Assembly: GCA_903828955.1 (NCBI GenBank) | Contig: CAIKOA010000008.1 | Coordinates: forward strand, 36,813 to 100,812 | Reading direction: 5' to 3' | Source of the DNA: an uncultured Candidatus Micrarchaeota archaeon | GTDB lineage: Archaea > Micrarchaeota > Micrarchaeia > Anstonellales > Bilamarchaeaceae | Length of the DNA: 64,000 nt | Part shown: one piece after another, positions 17,900 to 27,614 of the stretch | How positions within the stretch are numbered: position 1 is the first letter of the stretch | How the letters are laid out: every line of letters starts with the position of its first letter | Notes under the pieces: generated by a model | The model's database searches: none | Seen by the model: the letters and a program-made list of their open reading frames with translations, nothing else | Told to the model about the DNA's origin: nothing | Program-made: the position numbers and the translations under genes

Positions 17900-19465
17900 A
17901 TGGCAGAGAAAATGCTTACGCCTGAAGAGAAGGCGGCAGCAATGCCGGTTATACAGAGCGCGATGCAGGCATACCAGCAGCACTACGGGATAAAGCTTAC
18001 CGAGCAGGAAACTTCCCGCGTCATGGATAGGGCCCTTAACAATCTGAATTCCCAAGCAACGCCAAGCGAAGTGCGCGGGGCGGTAAGGAACCTGATGCTC
18101 GAGGTCCTCACCAAAAATGACCCTGCGCGCGCAACTGAGCTACAGATGCAGGCGCAGGGCGTTCCTGGATCAGAGAGAAGCAGGATACCCGCTATTGCTG
18201 AGAATGAAGGAGCCAATGCTGCAAATGCCGGCTTACCAAAAGAGGCCGGAGCCCAGACTCCGGCACAAAGCCCGATGTTTTTAGGCCCAAAGCATGGCCA
18301 GGAAACCCAGCAGGAGCAATTCGCTTCTGAGCAGAAGAAAATAATCGGACAGATTTTTGCAATAAGCCCAAAGCACTTTCAGGAAGCCATCCTTAGCAAA
18401 ATCGAGCCTCTCAAACCAAACGCAACCTCAGAAGAAAGGATGGAAAAGATAAAGGAACTGTTCAACCTTATAAAAAAAGGAGGAGTGCTAGGCATCGAAT
18501 ACCAGTTCTCCGAAGGCAGACCTCCGAAAACCCCTAACGAGGTCTTAACTCCTGAGAAAGACGGAAAAATGCGGGCGGATTGCGATGAGCTTTCCCTTTT
18601 CTTTATTGCTGCGGCACGAAAACTGAATATCGACCTTTCGGATGTAAGCATCGCAGTGGTTAAGTTCGAAGCGCAAAATCCCGTTTTGCTAAACAAAAAA
18701 GAGCCATTGCATGCTGCCATTCTGACAATCGGAAACGAGAAAGCTCTTCTGGACCCGGTTTTTGGAATAATGGAGAAAATGAACTCTTTTGGTTCAGAAG
18801 ACCTTCTCAAGGCATATAACGGAAAGTTTCTTCCGGGCAACTTTATGATAGTTGGGGTTTTGGATGTAAAGATTGCCAGCGATTTAGCAGATATGGCAAG
18901 CATTCATTTTCATGAGAAAGCCAAATACTATGCAAGCCAATTTCAAACCGAGAAAGCAATATCTACTTTAGAAATAGCAACCGCAATAAGCCCGAATAGC
19001 ATTAATCTCAAGGAGGAACTGCTCGGGCTTTATTTGAATATCGCGGACGAAGCGGTCAGCAGCGGGAAAATTTCCATGGCAGAAGCCAATTCCAAAAAGG
19101 CACTTTTGTTGGGCTCAAAGATCAGCTCTCCTGGCAGCGCGGTTATTGATAATCTTTACCATGCGCACGATGTTTTAGGGTCAGCATACATGAAACAGAA
19201 GAAATATTCTGCAGCCATTTCAGAGTTCGATGAAATGATTAGAATAAAACCTGCGGAGCCGTTGGCATACTATAATAAGTCATATATACTCTATGGTTTG
19301 GCAGGAGATGCATACCGCGCAGGCGCCGTAGAGGACGCTAAAAAATATCTTAGTGACGCAGAAAGCACGATGTTTGCCGCGTCACAAAGAGTTGCTGAAG
19401 AAAAATATGACCAAAATATGATGGAATTGTTCCGTCTTATCCAAGAAAAAAGGTCAAAACTTTAG
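17900..19465 (+). CDS. Shared N-terminal domain + transglutaminase-like domain + TPRs
   Basis: MAEKMLTPEE.. N-terminus; ADCDELS / LHAAI / LLDPV triad; TPR-like LGSAYMKQKKYSAAISEF. Confidence 0.8.
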   Translation: MAEKMLTPEEKAAAMPVIQSAMQAYQQHYGIKLTEQETSRVMDRALNNLNSQATPSEVRGAVRNLMLEVLTKNDPARATELQMQAQGVPGSERSRIPAIAENEGANAANAGLPKEAGAQTPAQSPMFLGPKHGQETQQEQFASEQKKIIGQIFAISPKHFQEAILSKIEPLKPNATSEERMEKIKELFNLIKKGGVLGIEYQFSEGRPPKTPNEVLTPEKDGKMRADCDELSLFFIAAARKLNIDLSDVSIAVVKFEAQNPVLLNKKEPLHAAILTIGNEKALLDPVFGIMEKMNSFGSEDLLKAYNGKFLPGNFMIVGVLDVKIASDLADMASIHFHEKAKYYASQFQTEKAISTLEIATAISPNSINLKEELLGLYLNIADEAVSSGKISMAEANSKKALLLGSKISSPGSAVIDNLYHAHDVLGSAYMKQKKYSAAISEFDEMIRIKPAEPLAYYNKSYILYGLAGDAYRAGAVEDAKKYLSDAESTMFAASQRVAEEKYDQNMMELFRLIQEKRSKL

Positions 19466-19782
19466 TGGATGCGCGGCTCCAGTCTGTGTTTTTCCCGTTT
19501 TTCTACTGGTTTAGGTCTTAGTTCTTCAAAACCCCAATTCGGGGGCAACTTTGCTTTTTGACCCACAGATGGTTTTTCCAGCGTGGCTCCCGCATCTTCC
19601 ACCGGCTGGGCTTTCTTAGGCACAATCGCTAATTTCTCCCTGTCATCCGCCATCCGTACAGCCTTTTCCGTATCTGTTATCGGCGCCCTATTATTAAAAG
19701 TTGCTTTAGGCCGTTCCCTTCCGCAGGCTGGGGAAAGAGCAATAACAGTTGCAAGCGCTGCGGCGCCAAGCAGCCTTTTCAT
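19462..19782 (-). CDS. Small lipoprotein-like hypothetical protein
   Basis: MKRLLGAAALATVIALSPACG. Confidence 0.6.
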   Translation of the reverse strand: MKRLLGAAALATVIALSPACGRERPKATFNNRAPITDTEKAVRMADDREKLAIVPKKAQPVEDAGATLEKPSVGQKAKLPPNWGFEELRPKPVEKREKHRLEPRIH

Positions 19783-19876
19783 ATGTTGTATTTAGTGTAA
19801 GAGAGTATATAAAGATTCAGGTTGTGCATGTCTGCAAACCAAAAAACGAGAAAGCGCCCGATGGCGCAAATTAAGG

Positions 19877-20254
19877 CTAAACTCTCCTCGTCCTGCTTAT
19901 TTTACCCTTCCCGTCGTATTTTATTATGTCTTCCTTCCCGTTCTTGTCGATTAAGCTGATGCTGACCGTCTTGCTGTCCACACTCAGAGAAAGGTACATC
20001 CCGTCCGAAAGCCTTGTGCTTATCGTATTCCCGTCGTCGTCCCTTCCTATATGGAAATCGGTCTCCCCGACCTTTGCAAGCGCCCTCATAAACGAAGGGC
20101 CCATTTCGCTCCCGAAAGCCCTCTCCGCGTTCTTGAACGCCTGTATGCAGATATCCCTTGCCCCGTTCACTTCTGAGGGAATTATCGAAAGCGGGTTGAT
20201 TGCAGTCCGCATCTCTTCAGTCTGAGCCTTGTTTTCATCCGGGCCAAATGCCAT
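19877..20254 (-). CDS. Hypothetical protein
   Basis: 125-aa ORF with AAGGTG SD. Confidence 0.7.
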   Translation of the reverse strand: MAFGPDENKAQTEEMRTAINPLSIIPSEVNGARDICIQAFKNAERAFGSEMGPSFMRALAKVGETDFHIGRDDDGNTISTRLSDGMYLSLSVDSKTVSISLIDKNGKEDIIKYDGKGKISRTRRV

Positions 20255-20264
20255 TCATAACACC

Positions 20265-20591
20265 TTAAATTTTCTCTATTCTGTTCCCTACAATCCTTAT
20301 TATTTTCGAGCCGCCGGCGGAGCAGTAGGTCGCATTCTCCTTAAAGAGCGCGGAAAACTTATTCTTCCCGTCGCTAATCGAGCATACGTTCGGATACTTG
20401 AACACAACAACTGCGTTCTCCGTGAATTTCGGCGCCTCCATCCCCTTCTGCGCAATCAATGCGGGAAGGTAGAGGAGCGCCTGCCTCTGCTTTTTCGGAA
20501 GGTCTTTGAGCTTCATTTTTTTCTGCCCGGCCTTCACTGGAACTTTGGAGGATTTTTTTCCCTTTGCTTTTCGCGCGGTTTTCCGTTGCAT
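20265..20591 (-). CDS. Basic hypothetical protein
   Basis: Lys-rich N-terminus; co-oriented with neighbours. Confidence 0.65.
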   Translation of the reverse strand: MQRKTARKAKGKKSSKVPVKAGQKKMKLKDLPKKQRQALLYLPALIAQKGMEAPKFTENAVVVFKYPNVCSISDGKNKFSALFKENATYCSAGGSKIIRIVGNRIEKI

Positions 20592-20657
20592 ACTATAATT
20601 ACACACTTTCCCAAATAAAAACCTATCTGCAAAACCGGATTTTCCGTTAATAAAAAT

Positions 20658-21251
20658 CTAAGGGGCGCTTCCTTCAAGGGCTCCCTTCCTTTTCACCTTT
20701 CTTTCCACCAAATCAATTATCGTGGAAGGCTTCCTGTGAATTGTAGGCCCCCCATCCAAAACCAGATCCACTTCCTCCAGGATTCCCTTCTCAACCTCTT
20801 CGATGCAGGTAGGCGGCTCCTTCCCCTTCCTGTTCGCGCTCGTCGTAATTATCGGCATCCCCAAATCAGTGCTCAATTTCCGCATGAATGAATGCTCCGG
20901 AACCCGGATTCCAATTTTCCCGTCTTTTGCTACGGGCAATTTAATTTTCTCCCTGGTAACAAGCGTAACCGGCCCCGGAAGCAAATTCAGGACCGCAAGC
21001 CTTTCCGCCTCCCCTTCAACATCCGCGTACTCGCGAACCATATCCAGATTTCCCAAAATTACAGAGAAGGGCTCCCCCTTTCCCTTCTTTTTTATTTTCC
21101 TGATTCTCTCCACAACCTTCGGGTTCCGCGCATCCCCTCCAATCCCATAAAGCGTATCCGTCGGGTAAACCAAAACCCCTCCACTAAGCAGCACTTCCTT
21201 TGCCTGCTTGAATGCGCGCGCATGCTCGTAAAGTGAAATTCTCTCGCTCAT
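20658..21251 (-). CDS. tsaC: Threonylcarbamoyl-AMP synthase (YrdC/TsaC domain only)
   Basis: YPTDTLYG, PGPVT, GIRVP, TSAN, PSTIID. Confidence 0.93.
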   Translation of the reverse strand: MSERISLYEHARAFKQAKEVLLSGGVLVYPTDTLYGIGGDARNPKVVERIRKIKKKGKGEPFSVILGNLDMVREYADVEGEAERLAVLNLLPGPVTLVTREKIKLPVAKDGKIGIRVPEHSFMRKLSTDLGMPIITTSANRKGKEPPTCIEEVEKGILEEVDLVLDGGPTIHRKPSTIIDLVERKVKRKGALEGSAP

Positions 21252-22840
21252 ATCTCCTCTACCTTGATGGGCCCGTATTTCCTCTCAATCTTTCGGAATT
21301 TCTTTGACCCCTTCCCGAAAATATAAGAAATATCATTCGGCTTTGCAAGGACCACAAACTGGTTTTCCCTCTTCTCCACTTTGAATTCATGGTTCAAAAC
21401 GTGCGAAAGCATTTCCTCGAGCCTTCCGCCCCCTCCTCCTTCACCTCGATCTCTTGCGCCCCCGCCGCCTCTTCTTCCCCGTCCTGACCCCCGCGTGGCA
21501 GTTTCCATCGAGAGCACAACGGTTTCTTCTCCGAATTTATACAGCTCATATTCCAGTTCGCCCGATTCAAATTCCCGCACCTCAATTACCGGCCTGGCAA
21601 GGTCCTTTTCCCTCATCCCGGTGGGCACCTTCACGGTTTGCTCAAGATCATAAACTTTCCCCACGCGCCCCTTATCGATCAAAATAACAGTATCCACTAT
21701 CTGCGGAATCATTCCGAGTTCCACCTTCCCAATCAGCCTCTGGATCGCATCAATTGCCTTGTGCCCGTGCACCACTCCCACAAGCCCGATTCCGGATAGG
21801 CGCATATCCGCAAAAATCTGGAAATCCTTAATCTTGCGCACCTCATCATAGAAGGTATAGTCCGGCCGCACAAGCAGGAGAATTTCCTTCGTATTGTCAA
21901 AATCCCCTTCAAGGGCGGTATACTGCGTAATCTCCTCGCGCACCCGCATATCACGCGGGCTTTCCATCGTCTTCACTACTTTTTTCTTGTCGTAATAGTA
22001 CTCGGCAAGCGCGGCCGCAAAAGTAGTCTTTCCGCTTCCCGGAGGCCCGCAAATGAGGATTCCCTCCGCCTTATTGTCTATCCTGTCCTTCAATTTCTCC
22101 CGCACATTATAATCCGCAAATTTCAGTTTCTTTATCGGCCGAACTATGGTAATCTCAAATCCATCTGAAAATGGGGGCTTTGCAATTACAATCCGGTAAA
22201 CCCCCAGCTGTATTACAGAAGCTCCCTCCTTGTCTATTTCAAAGTAATAGCTCCTGTTCCGGTTCACCGCCTCAACGATCTCTTCCCCAATTGCGCGGAG
22301 GGCGTCAAGCGAAATCGGCGCCCCAACCTCCTCCACGATAACTTCCCCGGGCCGCCCCCTTTTCCGCACCACCTTGCAATCCTCCTTGAAGTGCACGCTC
22401 ATTACGTCCGGCTCGAAATACTTCGCAAACTTAAGCTCCTTCGCCTCCTCGTGCGAATGCAAATAAACAGTAAGAATCCCTTCTGCAAGGGCAGCCTCGT
22501 GCTGCACCTTGTCCCCGGTAATGAGCGTAGCCCCAAGCCCGCGCGCAAGCTCCCGGACTAAATGGTCAATCGCCCCTTCCTTTTTCGCAGCCCGCACCTG
22601 GTCCGGCCGCGGCCTCTCCCCTTCAATAATCACCTCTATTTCCGATTCCTTCTCGAGTGCGCGCAGTTTTCCAATCACAGAAAACCCTGCAAAACCCGTT
22701 TCCTTATTCATATTCGACTGGTATTCCAGCTCCGCAATCGTCGCCCTGTGTATAAAGAATTTCCCGCTAAGCCCCTTCTCCTTAATGAGCTCAAGTATCC
22801 TCCCATCCACAATTACGCTGGTGTCGCAAACATAATCCAT
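21248..22840 (-). CDS. PINA ATPase (PIN + ATPase + KH-like)
   Basis: DTSVIVDG; GPPGSGKT; KTMESPRD; LLVRPDYTFYDEVRK. Confidence 0.93.
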   Translation of the reverse strand: MDYVCDTSVIVDGRILELIKEKGLSGKFFIHRATIAELEYQSNMNKETGFAGFSVIGKLRALEKESEIEVIIEGERPRPDQVRAAKKEGAIDHLVRELARGLGATLITGDKVQHEAALAEGILTVYLHSHEEAKELKFAKYFEPDVMSVHFKEDCKVVRKRGRPGEVIVEEVGAPISLDALRAIGEEIVEAVNRNRSYYFEIDKEGASVIQLGVYRIVIAKPPFSDGFEITIVRPIKKLKFADYNVREKLKDRIDNKAEGILICGPPGSGKTTFAAALAEYYYDKKKVVKTMESPRDMRVREEITQYTALEGDFDNTKEILLLVRPDYTFYDEVRKIKDFQIFADMRLSGIGLVGVVHGHKAIDAIQRLIGKVELGMIPQIVDTVILIDKGRVGKVYDLEQTVKVPTGMREKDLARPVIEVREFESGELEYELYKFGEETVVLSMETATRGSGRGRRGGGGARDRGEGGGGGRLEEMLSHVLNHEFKVEKRENQFVVLAKPNDISYIFGKGSKKFRKIERKYGPIKVEEI

Positions 22841-22965
22841 CCCAATCACTTGCGCTTATATGAAGAGCCCCATAATAAATAGTTTTCCAGATTATAGTGT
22901 ATGTAAGCGGTTCTTCATGAGCAAAACAGAATCTTTATAAACCGTTCTATGCACACTATTCTCTC

Positions 22966-23080
22966 GCCAACGGCCATAGGGAGCTGGAAACACCCGATCC
23001 CATCTCGAACTCGGAAGTTAAGCGGCTCTACGGCTTTATCTGTACTGCCCTAAGGGTGGGAAAATGGGCTGCTGTTGGCA
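22966..23080 (+). rRNA. rrf: 5S rRNA copy 1
   Basis: GCCAACGGCCATAG..CCCGATCCCATCTCGAACTCGGAAGTTAAGC..GCTGTTGGC; TTTATAAA upstream. Confidence 0.95.
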
Positions 23081-23087
23081 CTTATAT

Positions 23088-24605
23088 TCATCTAGGCCTT
23101 TTTATCAGACGCTCTTTAAGCCCGTCTTGTTTTCCCGCCATCTCCTCTGCCAACTCCCCCTCGGGGCCCTTGTAATAGCCGATTACCTTGTTGTCCTTGC
23201 CGTACAATCTCACTCCGTCTATTATTGTTCCCCTTTCCTTTGCGTACATTTGAAGCAGGGGCCATATTTTTTCTCCATTGTATTCATACATATGATCATA
23301 GTCGATAAGGTACATCTTGTTTGTTTTCGTGTCCCTTGCAATTGAAATAGAATGCCCCTGATCCTTACGAAAAAGCTCCACAGTGTACGCCTCTGCTCCA
23401 TTCATCTGCAGGAACTTGGTTGCCAAGGAACTTATATTGCCGCAAATGCCCGCATCAGCCGTTTTCCTGCTCAAAATCCATTCCCGGATGCCCCTGTACG
23501 CGTTATCAACCCCTATCTCCTCCAACGTCCTTGCGTCTTCAGAATATGGTTTGTTTACGGCATCCGCCAGGGGGCCACTGTAATTCTTTTCCCCTGCCCA
23601 TGCCAGTGCTTGCGCAGCCGCGACTAAATCAAAAAAAGAGCTTCCCTTGTATTTTTTTGCAAACTCTCCGAATGTTTCGGAGCTTTTCATCCTCTCCGTA
23701 AAAAGGAAAAGCGCCGGAGTCCAGTGGGCCGTTAGCTCAGCAGTATCGTTCCTCGTGCCGCCCTTCTCCCGCCCCACCGCAAACCCCCTCTCTATTTTTA
23801 CTTTGCCCGTTTCCTTTTCTCCAAGGCGGAACTTTACCCCCACGCCGATTTCATCCGCAAACATTTCGTTTTGCGCCTTCGCCCCCCATACGTATATCTC
23901 AGGCCCCACGTACTTGCCTTCTAAGGAAACCGCAGCCTCGCCCCCGGTTTTAAACGGCGTATGGAGCATCTCCACACGGATGCTGGCGCGGTCAAGGTGT
24001 ATCACCACCCCAGCCCTCGCCTCGTCATGGTGGGGGATTGAGGCCTTCGCCCCTGCATACTCATACGGGCGGTCCGGTCCAAAGAATACCTGCTCCTTCG
24101 CATAAAAAATCAGGGGTTCGAAAATGAAAGCAGCCCCTCCCGAAGCGGTAAAGTGGGGGGATTCATAGGAAAATACGCCCCCTCCCTGCGCCCACACTCC
24201 GGCTTCCACCCCCAGCCTTAGCCCGTACCCCCCGTCGCTCATTGTTTCCCAAACACCCCCTGCGCTTATGTTCTTGAACATGGAGGTGCGCACCTCGCTG
24301 GTTCCCGGGATTATTGGCATGCTTACGCTTCCGTACAGGTCAAAGGCGCCCACTTTCCCCCCTGCTTCCAGCGACGGAGTTACAAAGAAAAGCGGCCTGT
24401 AATAGTTCAGCTCCAGCGCGCCCGCCCCGGCCCCTATTTGCACCGGTCCGAAAACACCCTTCACCTCTCCCTTGGTAACCTCTCCGGCCTGGCTGCGCCC
24501 GACATTCGACAATTCGAATTTTAGATAATCCAAAAACGATTTTTCCCCTGTTTTTACCGGAACAGTTTCCTTTAGTTCAGCGGATTCTTCCGATTTTTGG
24601 TCCAT
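23088..24605 (-). CDS. Amphipathic beta-strand (barrel-like) region + transglutaminase-like domain
   Basis: Alternating strands ending IGVGVKFRLG; GICGNIS / GHSI / LIDY. Confidence 0.7.
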   Translation of the reverse strand: MDQKSEESAELKETVPVKTGEKSFLDYLKFELSNVGRSQAGEVTKGEVKGVFGPVQIGAGAGALELNYYRPLFFVTPSLEAGGKVGAFDLYGSVSMPIIPGTSEVRTSMFKNISAGGVWETMSDGGYGLRLGVEAGVWAQGGGVFSYESPHFTASGGAAFIFEPLIFYAKEQVFFGPDRPYEYAGAKASIPHHDEARAGVVIHLDRASIRVEMLHTPFKTGGEAAVSLEGKYVGPEIYVWGAKAQNEMFADEIGVGVKFRLGEKETGKVKIERGFAVGREKGGTRNDTAELTAHWTPALFLFTERMKSSETFGEFAKKYKGSSFFDLVAAAQALAWAGEKNYSGPLADAVNKPYSEDARTLEEIGVDNAYRGIREWILSRKTADAGICGNISSLATKFLQMNGAEAYTVELFRKDQGHSISIARDTKTNKMYLIDYDHMYEYNGEKIWPLLQMYAKERGTIIDGVRLYGKDNKVIGYYKGPEGELAEEMAGKQDGLKERLIKRPR

Positions 24606-24764
24606 GCAACTTCAATTCTAGATTACGCACCCAAATTTAAAATGGGTATTGGCGCGTGCATGGAAATGGATTCGAGCCCTTATCCGGAGGAGCGGGGGAA
24701 TTCCTGCGGTTCAGCATGAGCGAAACAGAATCTTTATTACTCGTTCTATGCGCACTATTCTCTC

Positions 24765-24879
24765 GCCAACGGCCATAGGGAGCTGGAAACACCCGATCCC
24801 ATCTCGAACTCGGAAGTTAAGCGGCTCTACGGCTTTATCTGTACTGCCCTAAGGGTGGGAAAATGGGCTGCTGTTGGCA
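24765..24879 (+). rRNA. rrf: 5S rRNA copy 2
   Basis: Identical to copy 1; TATA changed to TTTATTAC. Confidence 0.93.
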
Positions 24880-24961
24880 CTTATATTTACTTACTTATTC
24901 TGATTCTTGCGTTTAGATAGAATTTTATACCTCACCGCATTATTCGCCATCAGGTGAAAAA

Positions 24962-25279
24962 ATGCTAAAAGTAACTCTTTCGCACATCGGTGCGGTCTCT
25001 TTGGGAAGGTTGCTCGCAATCTGGTCCTTCGTAATCGGTCTGATCCTGCTGGTTGTTTATGGATTAATATCCATAGTGCTGGCGCTTATCGGGATGATTT
25101 CAGGGACGGATGTGGTGAGCACAATAGTCGCATTGCTCATAAGCCTCGTAATGGGTGTCGTAGGGCTCATCGTATTCGCAATTGCGATGTTCATCTGGGG
25201 CTTCCTCTGCGCGATAGTCTACAACATAATTCTGGGAGTGGGCGGCGGAATAGACGTCGACCTCAAGGAGCGCTCCTGA
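24962..25279 (+). CDS. DUF3566-like two-TM protein
   Basis: HIGAVSLG...AIVYNII...GGI. Confidence 0.75.
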   Translation: MLKVTLSHIGAVSLGRLLAIWSFVIGLILLVVYGLISIVLALIGMISGTDVVSTIVALLISLVMGVVGLIVFAIAMFIWGFLCAIVYNIILGVGGGIDVDLKERS

Positions 25280-25418
25280 ATTTTTTCCTTCTTTTTCTTA
25301 TTTATTTAAAAATAAAATGCAGGTTAAGTGGCCTTGCGGCCACAGCCCTGCATCTGCAGGCAAATGCAGGTTGGTTTGGGCTTGCGCCCAAAGCCCTTCA
25401 ATTTTTAAAAATAAAAAT

Positions 25419-25502
25419 TGCAGGGGACGAGATTTGAACTCGCGAACGGACTTACCGACCAGGCCCTGAACCTGGCGCCTTTGGCCACTCGGCAACCCCT
25501 GC
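25419..25502 (-). tRNA. tRNA-Leu(CAG)
   Basis: CCAGG-TTCAGGG-CCTGG anticodon arm; long variable arm. Confidence 0.96.
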
Positions 25503-25675
25503 TTAAACTTTTTTGTCCTTTTGCATACCTTGTGGCAAAAAAGTTTATTAAAAACCACTAGGTTTTCTTTGCTTTGAAACGCTTTGTCCATCGCTGTTTG
25601 GGCCGCGTCTTTTTTATCACTCTTTGCCAAAACAGAAAGCAGAAGATAAATAGGTAATATTCTTTTAAAAAACAA

Positions 25676-25990
25676 TCAGCCGGTGTCCTTGATTTCGGTT
25701 AGGCGCTCAAGCAGGCCGATTGTCCAGGAATATACCTCCATGTCGTCCCAGTCCGTGATGTTCTGCTCGCCGCCAATGAAGCGGATGTAGTTCCTTTTCA
25801 CAATCCCCTGGAGCTGTTCTATTTCGCGCTCAATGTGTTTTGTGCGCTTCTCAAAATCATCTTCGCCCTCGCTTTCCCGGGCGCGGGAAAGGTCGTCAAG
25901 CTCCTGGTTGAGCTGCTTCACTCGGCCTTCTGCAAAGGAAATTAATTCATCTTCATTTTTGAACTGCGTATCGTCATTCTTTGATGCCAT
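25676..25990 (-). CDS. Hypothetical coiled-coil protein
   Basis: GGTGA SD; helical charged sequence. Confidence 0.7.
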   Translation of the reverse strand: MASKNDDTQFKNEDELISFAEGRVKQLNQELDDLSRARESEGEDDFEKRTKHIEREIEQLQGIVKRNYIRFIGGEQNITDWDDMEVYSWTIGLLERLTEIKDTG

Positions 25991-26068
25991 TTTTCTCACC
26001 CGCTTCCCCCTCGCATATTACTTATATAAACCAAACGGTCTCCTTTCACAAATATATGGTAAAACACC

Positions 26069-26136
26069 GCGTAAGGAGATGTTCAAAGCGCATCAAAGGC
26101 GGCGTCAGGAGATGCAAAAAGAGTGACAAAGAAAAG
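26069..26136 (-). repeat. Dispersed repeat family A copy 5 (distal part)
   Basis: GCGTAAGGAGATG..GGCGGCGTCAGGAGATG..AAAGAGT matches the reverse complement of 4055-4118. Confidence 0.8.
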
Positions 26137-26198
26137 TGCGCCGCGGGTTTTGCGCCACTGCTTTTGCCCGGCTAAGACAGAAGGACAAAAGCGGTGAA

Positions 26199-26269
26199 TG
26201 CGGTCGCCGGGATTCGAACCCGGGTCGCGAGATTGGCAACCTCGTATCCTACCGCTAGACTACGACCGC
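26199..26269 (-). tRNA. tRNA-Gly(GCC)
   Basis: Cloverleaf; CGAGG-TTGCCAA-TCTCG. Confidence 0.96.
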
Positions 26270-26385
26270 TAAGACTTGCGTTAGCCCATTATGCGGAAAA
26301 ACGTTTTTAAAATCAAACCTAAATCTTTATAAACATCTCTTTGCATAATTTATAACAAGACAATCTATCCGGGTCGGAGCCACCC

Positions 26386-27501
26386 ATGCCAAAAAACAAC
26401 GATGTTGAAAAACCTGGTTCTATCCAAAGCCGCAACCGTAGCAGCGCCCCTCCGGGCCCGCTCAGTAGGGAACCGAAGATTGAGCAAATCCAGGGCGCAT
26501 CTTCAGCTCAAGAAAAAAATCCGGGAAAAGGGGCTGATGCAGAGCGGAGGAATCTTGCTGCGAGCGAAGAAGAGAAACCAAAAGCGTCTGGGGAAGCGCT
26601 TTCCAAACCCCAGAATGCTCCCCCGCGTTCCACTCATGAAGACGCGAAAGCGCTTGCTTCAAAAACCATAAAGGAAGCAAAGGAAAAAGCGAAGGCTCGC
26701 CGGCTATCTGCATCATTGCCCCCTGCATCCCAGACCCTGCCGATAACCCCAGTTTCTATTGCATTGGACAGCAGCATGGATGCATCCGAGGTCCAGGCAA
26801 AGATATCTCAGAGTGTGCTTGAGGCTCTCAATGAATCGCGCCGAATGCAGGGAAGGCCGGAGATGAGCAAGGAAGAACTCCAGAGAAAGATGGAAGAATG
26901 GGCTGCCAACGGGGAAAAGGAAAGAAGGCGGAATGAAGATGGAGCCAGGATATATCCTATTTTAAAAGATCCAGCTCAGAGGGCAAAACTTGAGTTAGCG
27001 CTCAGGCATTGCATTTCAAAAAAACAATTCCGGTTCGTTATTGAGTTCCATAAGCACTACTCACCTGCAGGAGGCGTGGAGTATAGCTCCTGGTTTTATC
27101 CGTTCATTAAAAGAGAGCTAAGTTTGCTGCTGGATGGGAATCCTGCCGGGCAAATAGAGTTAGCGGAGGCCTTAGGGGTCAGGCCGGAAAACGCAATAGT
27201 AGAGCTGCTTGGGAGGGCGTTTTACCGCGGGGACATTGCAGAAATCCGCAGGCTGGAGAAAAGGTTCCAGCCAAGCTATTATGAGGAGAAACTTGCGAGA
27301 ATACGCGCCACCGGCCTCTCTGATGATAACGAAGGAGAACATGCGGGCAGAAAGTTGGCCAAGGACCTGGGCGTGCTTTCTGACTATGACGATGCAAAAT
27401 TGTTCGAGCCCCCAGAACCAGAGAGCTTGTATGACGCCTGGGTAGATGGGAAAAACGTTTTGGAGGTCTTTTTAGACAACTTTGTTGTAAAGAAGAAATA
27501 A
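26386..27501 (+). CDS. Orphan protein, disordered N-terminus + helical domain
   Basis: 371-aa ORF; TTTATAAA upstream. Confidence 0.75.
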   Translation: MPKNNDVEKPGSIQSRNRSSAPPGPLSREPKIEQIQGASSAQEKNPGKGADAERRNLAASEEEKPKASGEALSKPQNAPPRSTHEDAKALASKTIKEAKEKAKARRLSASLPPASQTLPITPVSIALDSSMDASEVQAKISQSVLEALNESRRMQGRPEMSKEELQRKMEEWAANGEKERRRNEDGARIYPILKDPAQRAKLELALRHCISKKQFRFVIEFHKHYSPAGGVEYSSWFYPFIKRELSLLLDGNPAGQIELAEALGVRPENAIVELLGRAFYRGDIAEIRRLEKRFQPSYYEEKLARIRATGLSDDNEGEHAGRKLAKDLGVLSDYDDAKLFEPPEPESLYDAWVDGKNVLEVFLDNFVVKKK

Positions 27502-27614
27502 CTCTCCTCCGAATTAGCTATCAGTTTGCAAATATTGAGCAAACAACAAACCATTATTCCGTCCTGCAGTCGCCCTAATCTTCTATTTTATTCCTTTCCC
27601 CCTAATTTCTCCCC

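Larger units (their letters stand above)
22907..24887 (+). repeat. ~182-bp direct repeat (22907-23088, 24706-24887) containing promoter + 5S rRNA
   Basis: Offset 1799; 5S copies identical, upstream part slightly diverged. Confidence 0.95.

Noticed and set aside
25570-25600. Possible eighth family A fragment (CTTTGAAACGCTTTGTCCATC)
   Set aside because: Too short and degenerate to separate from chance
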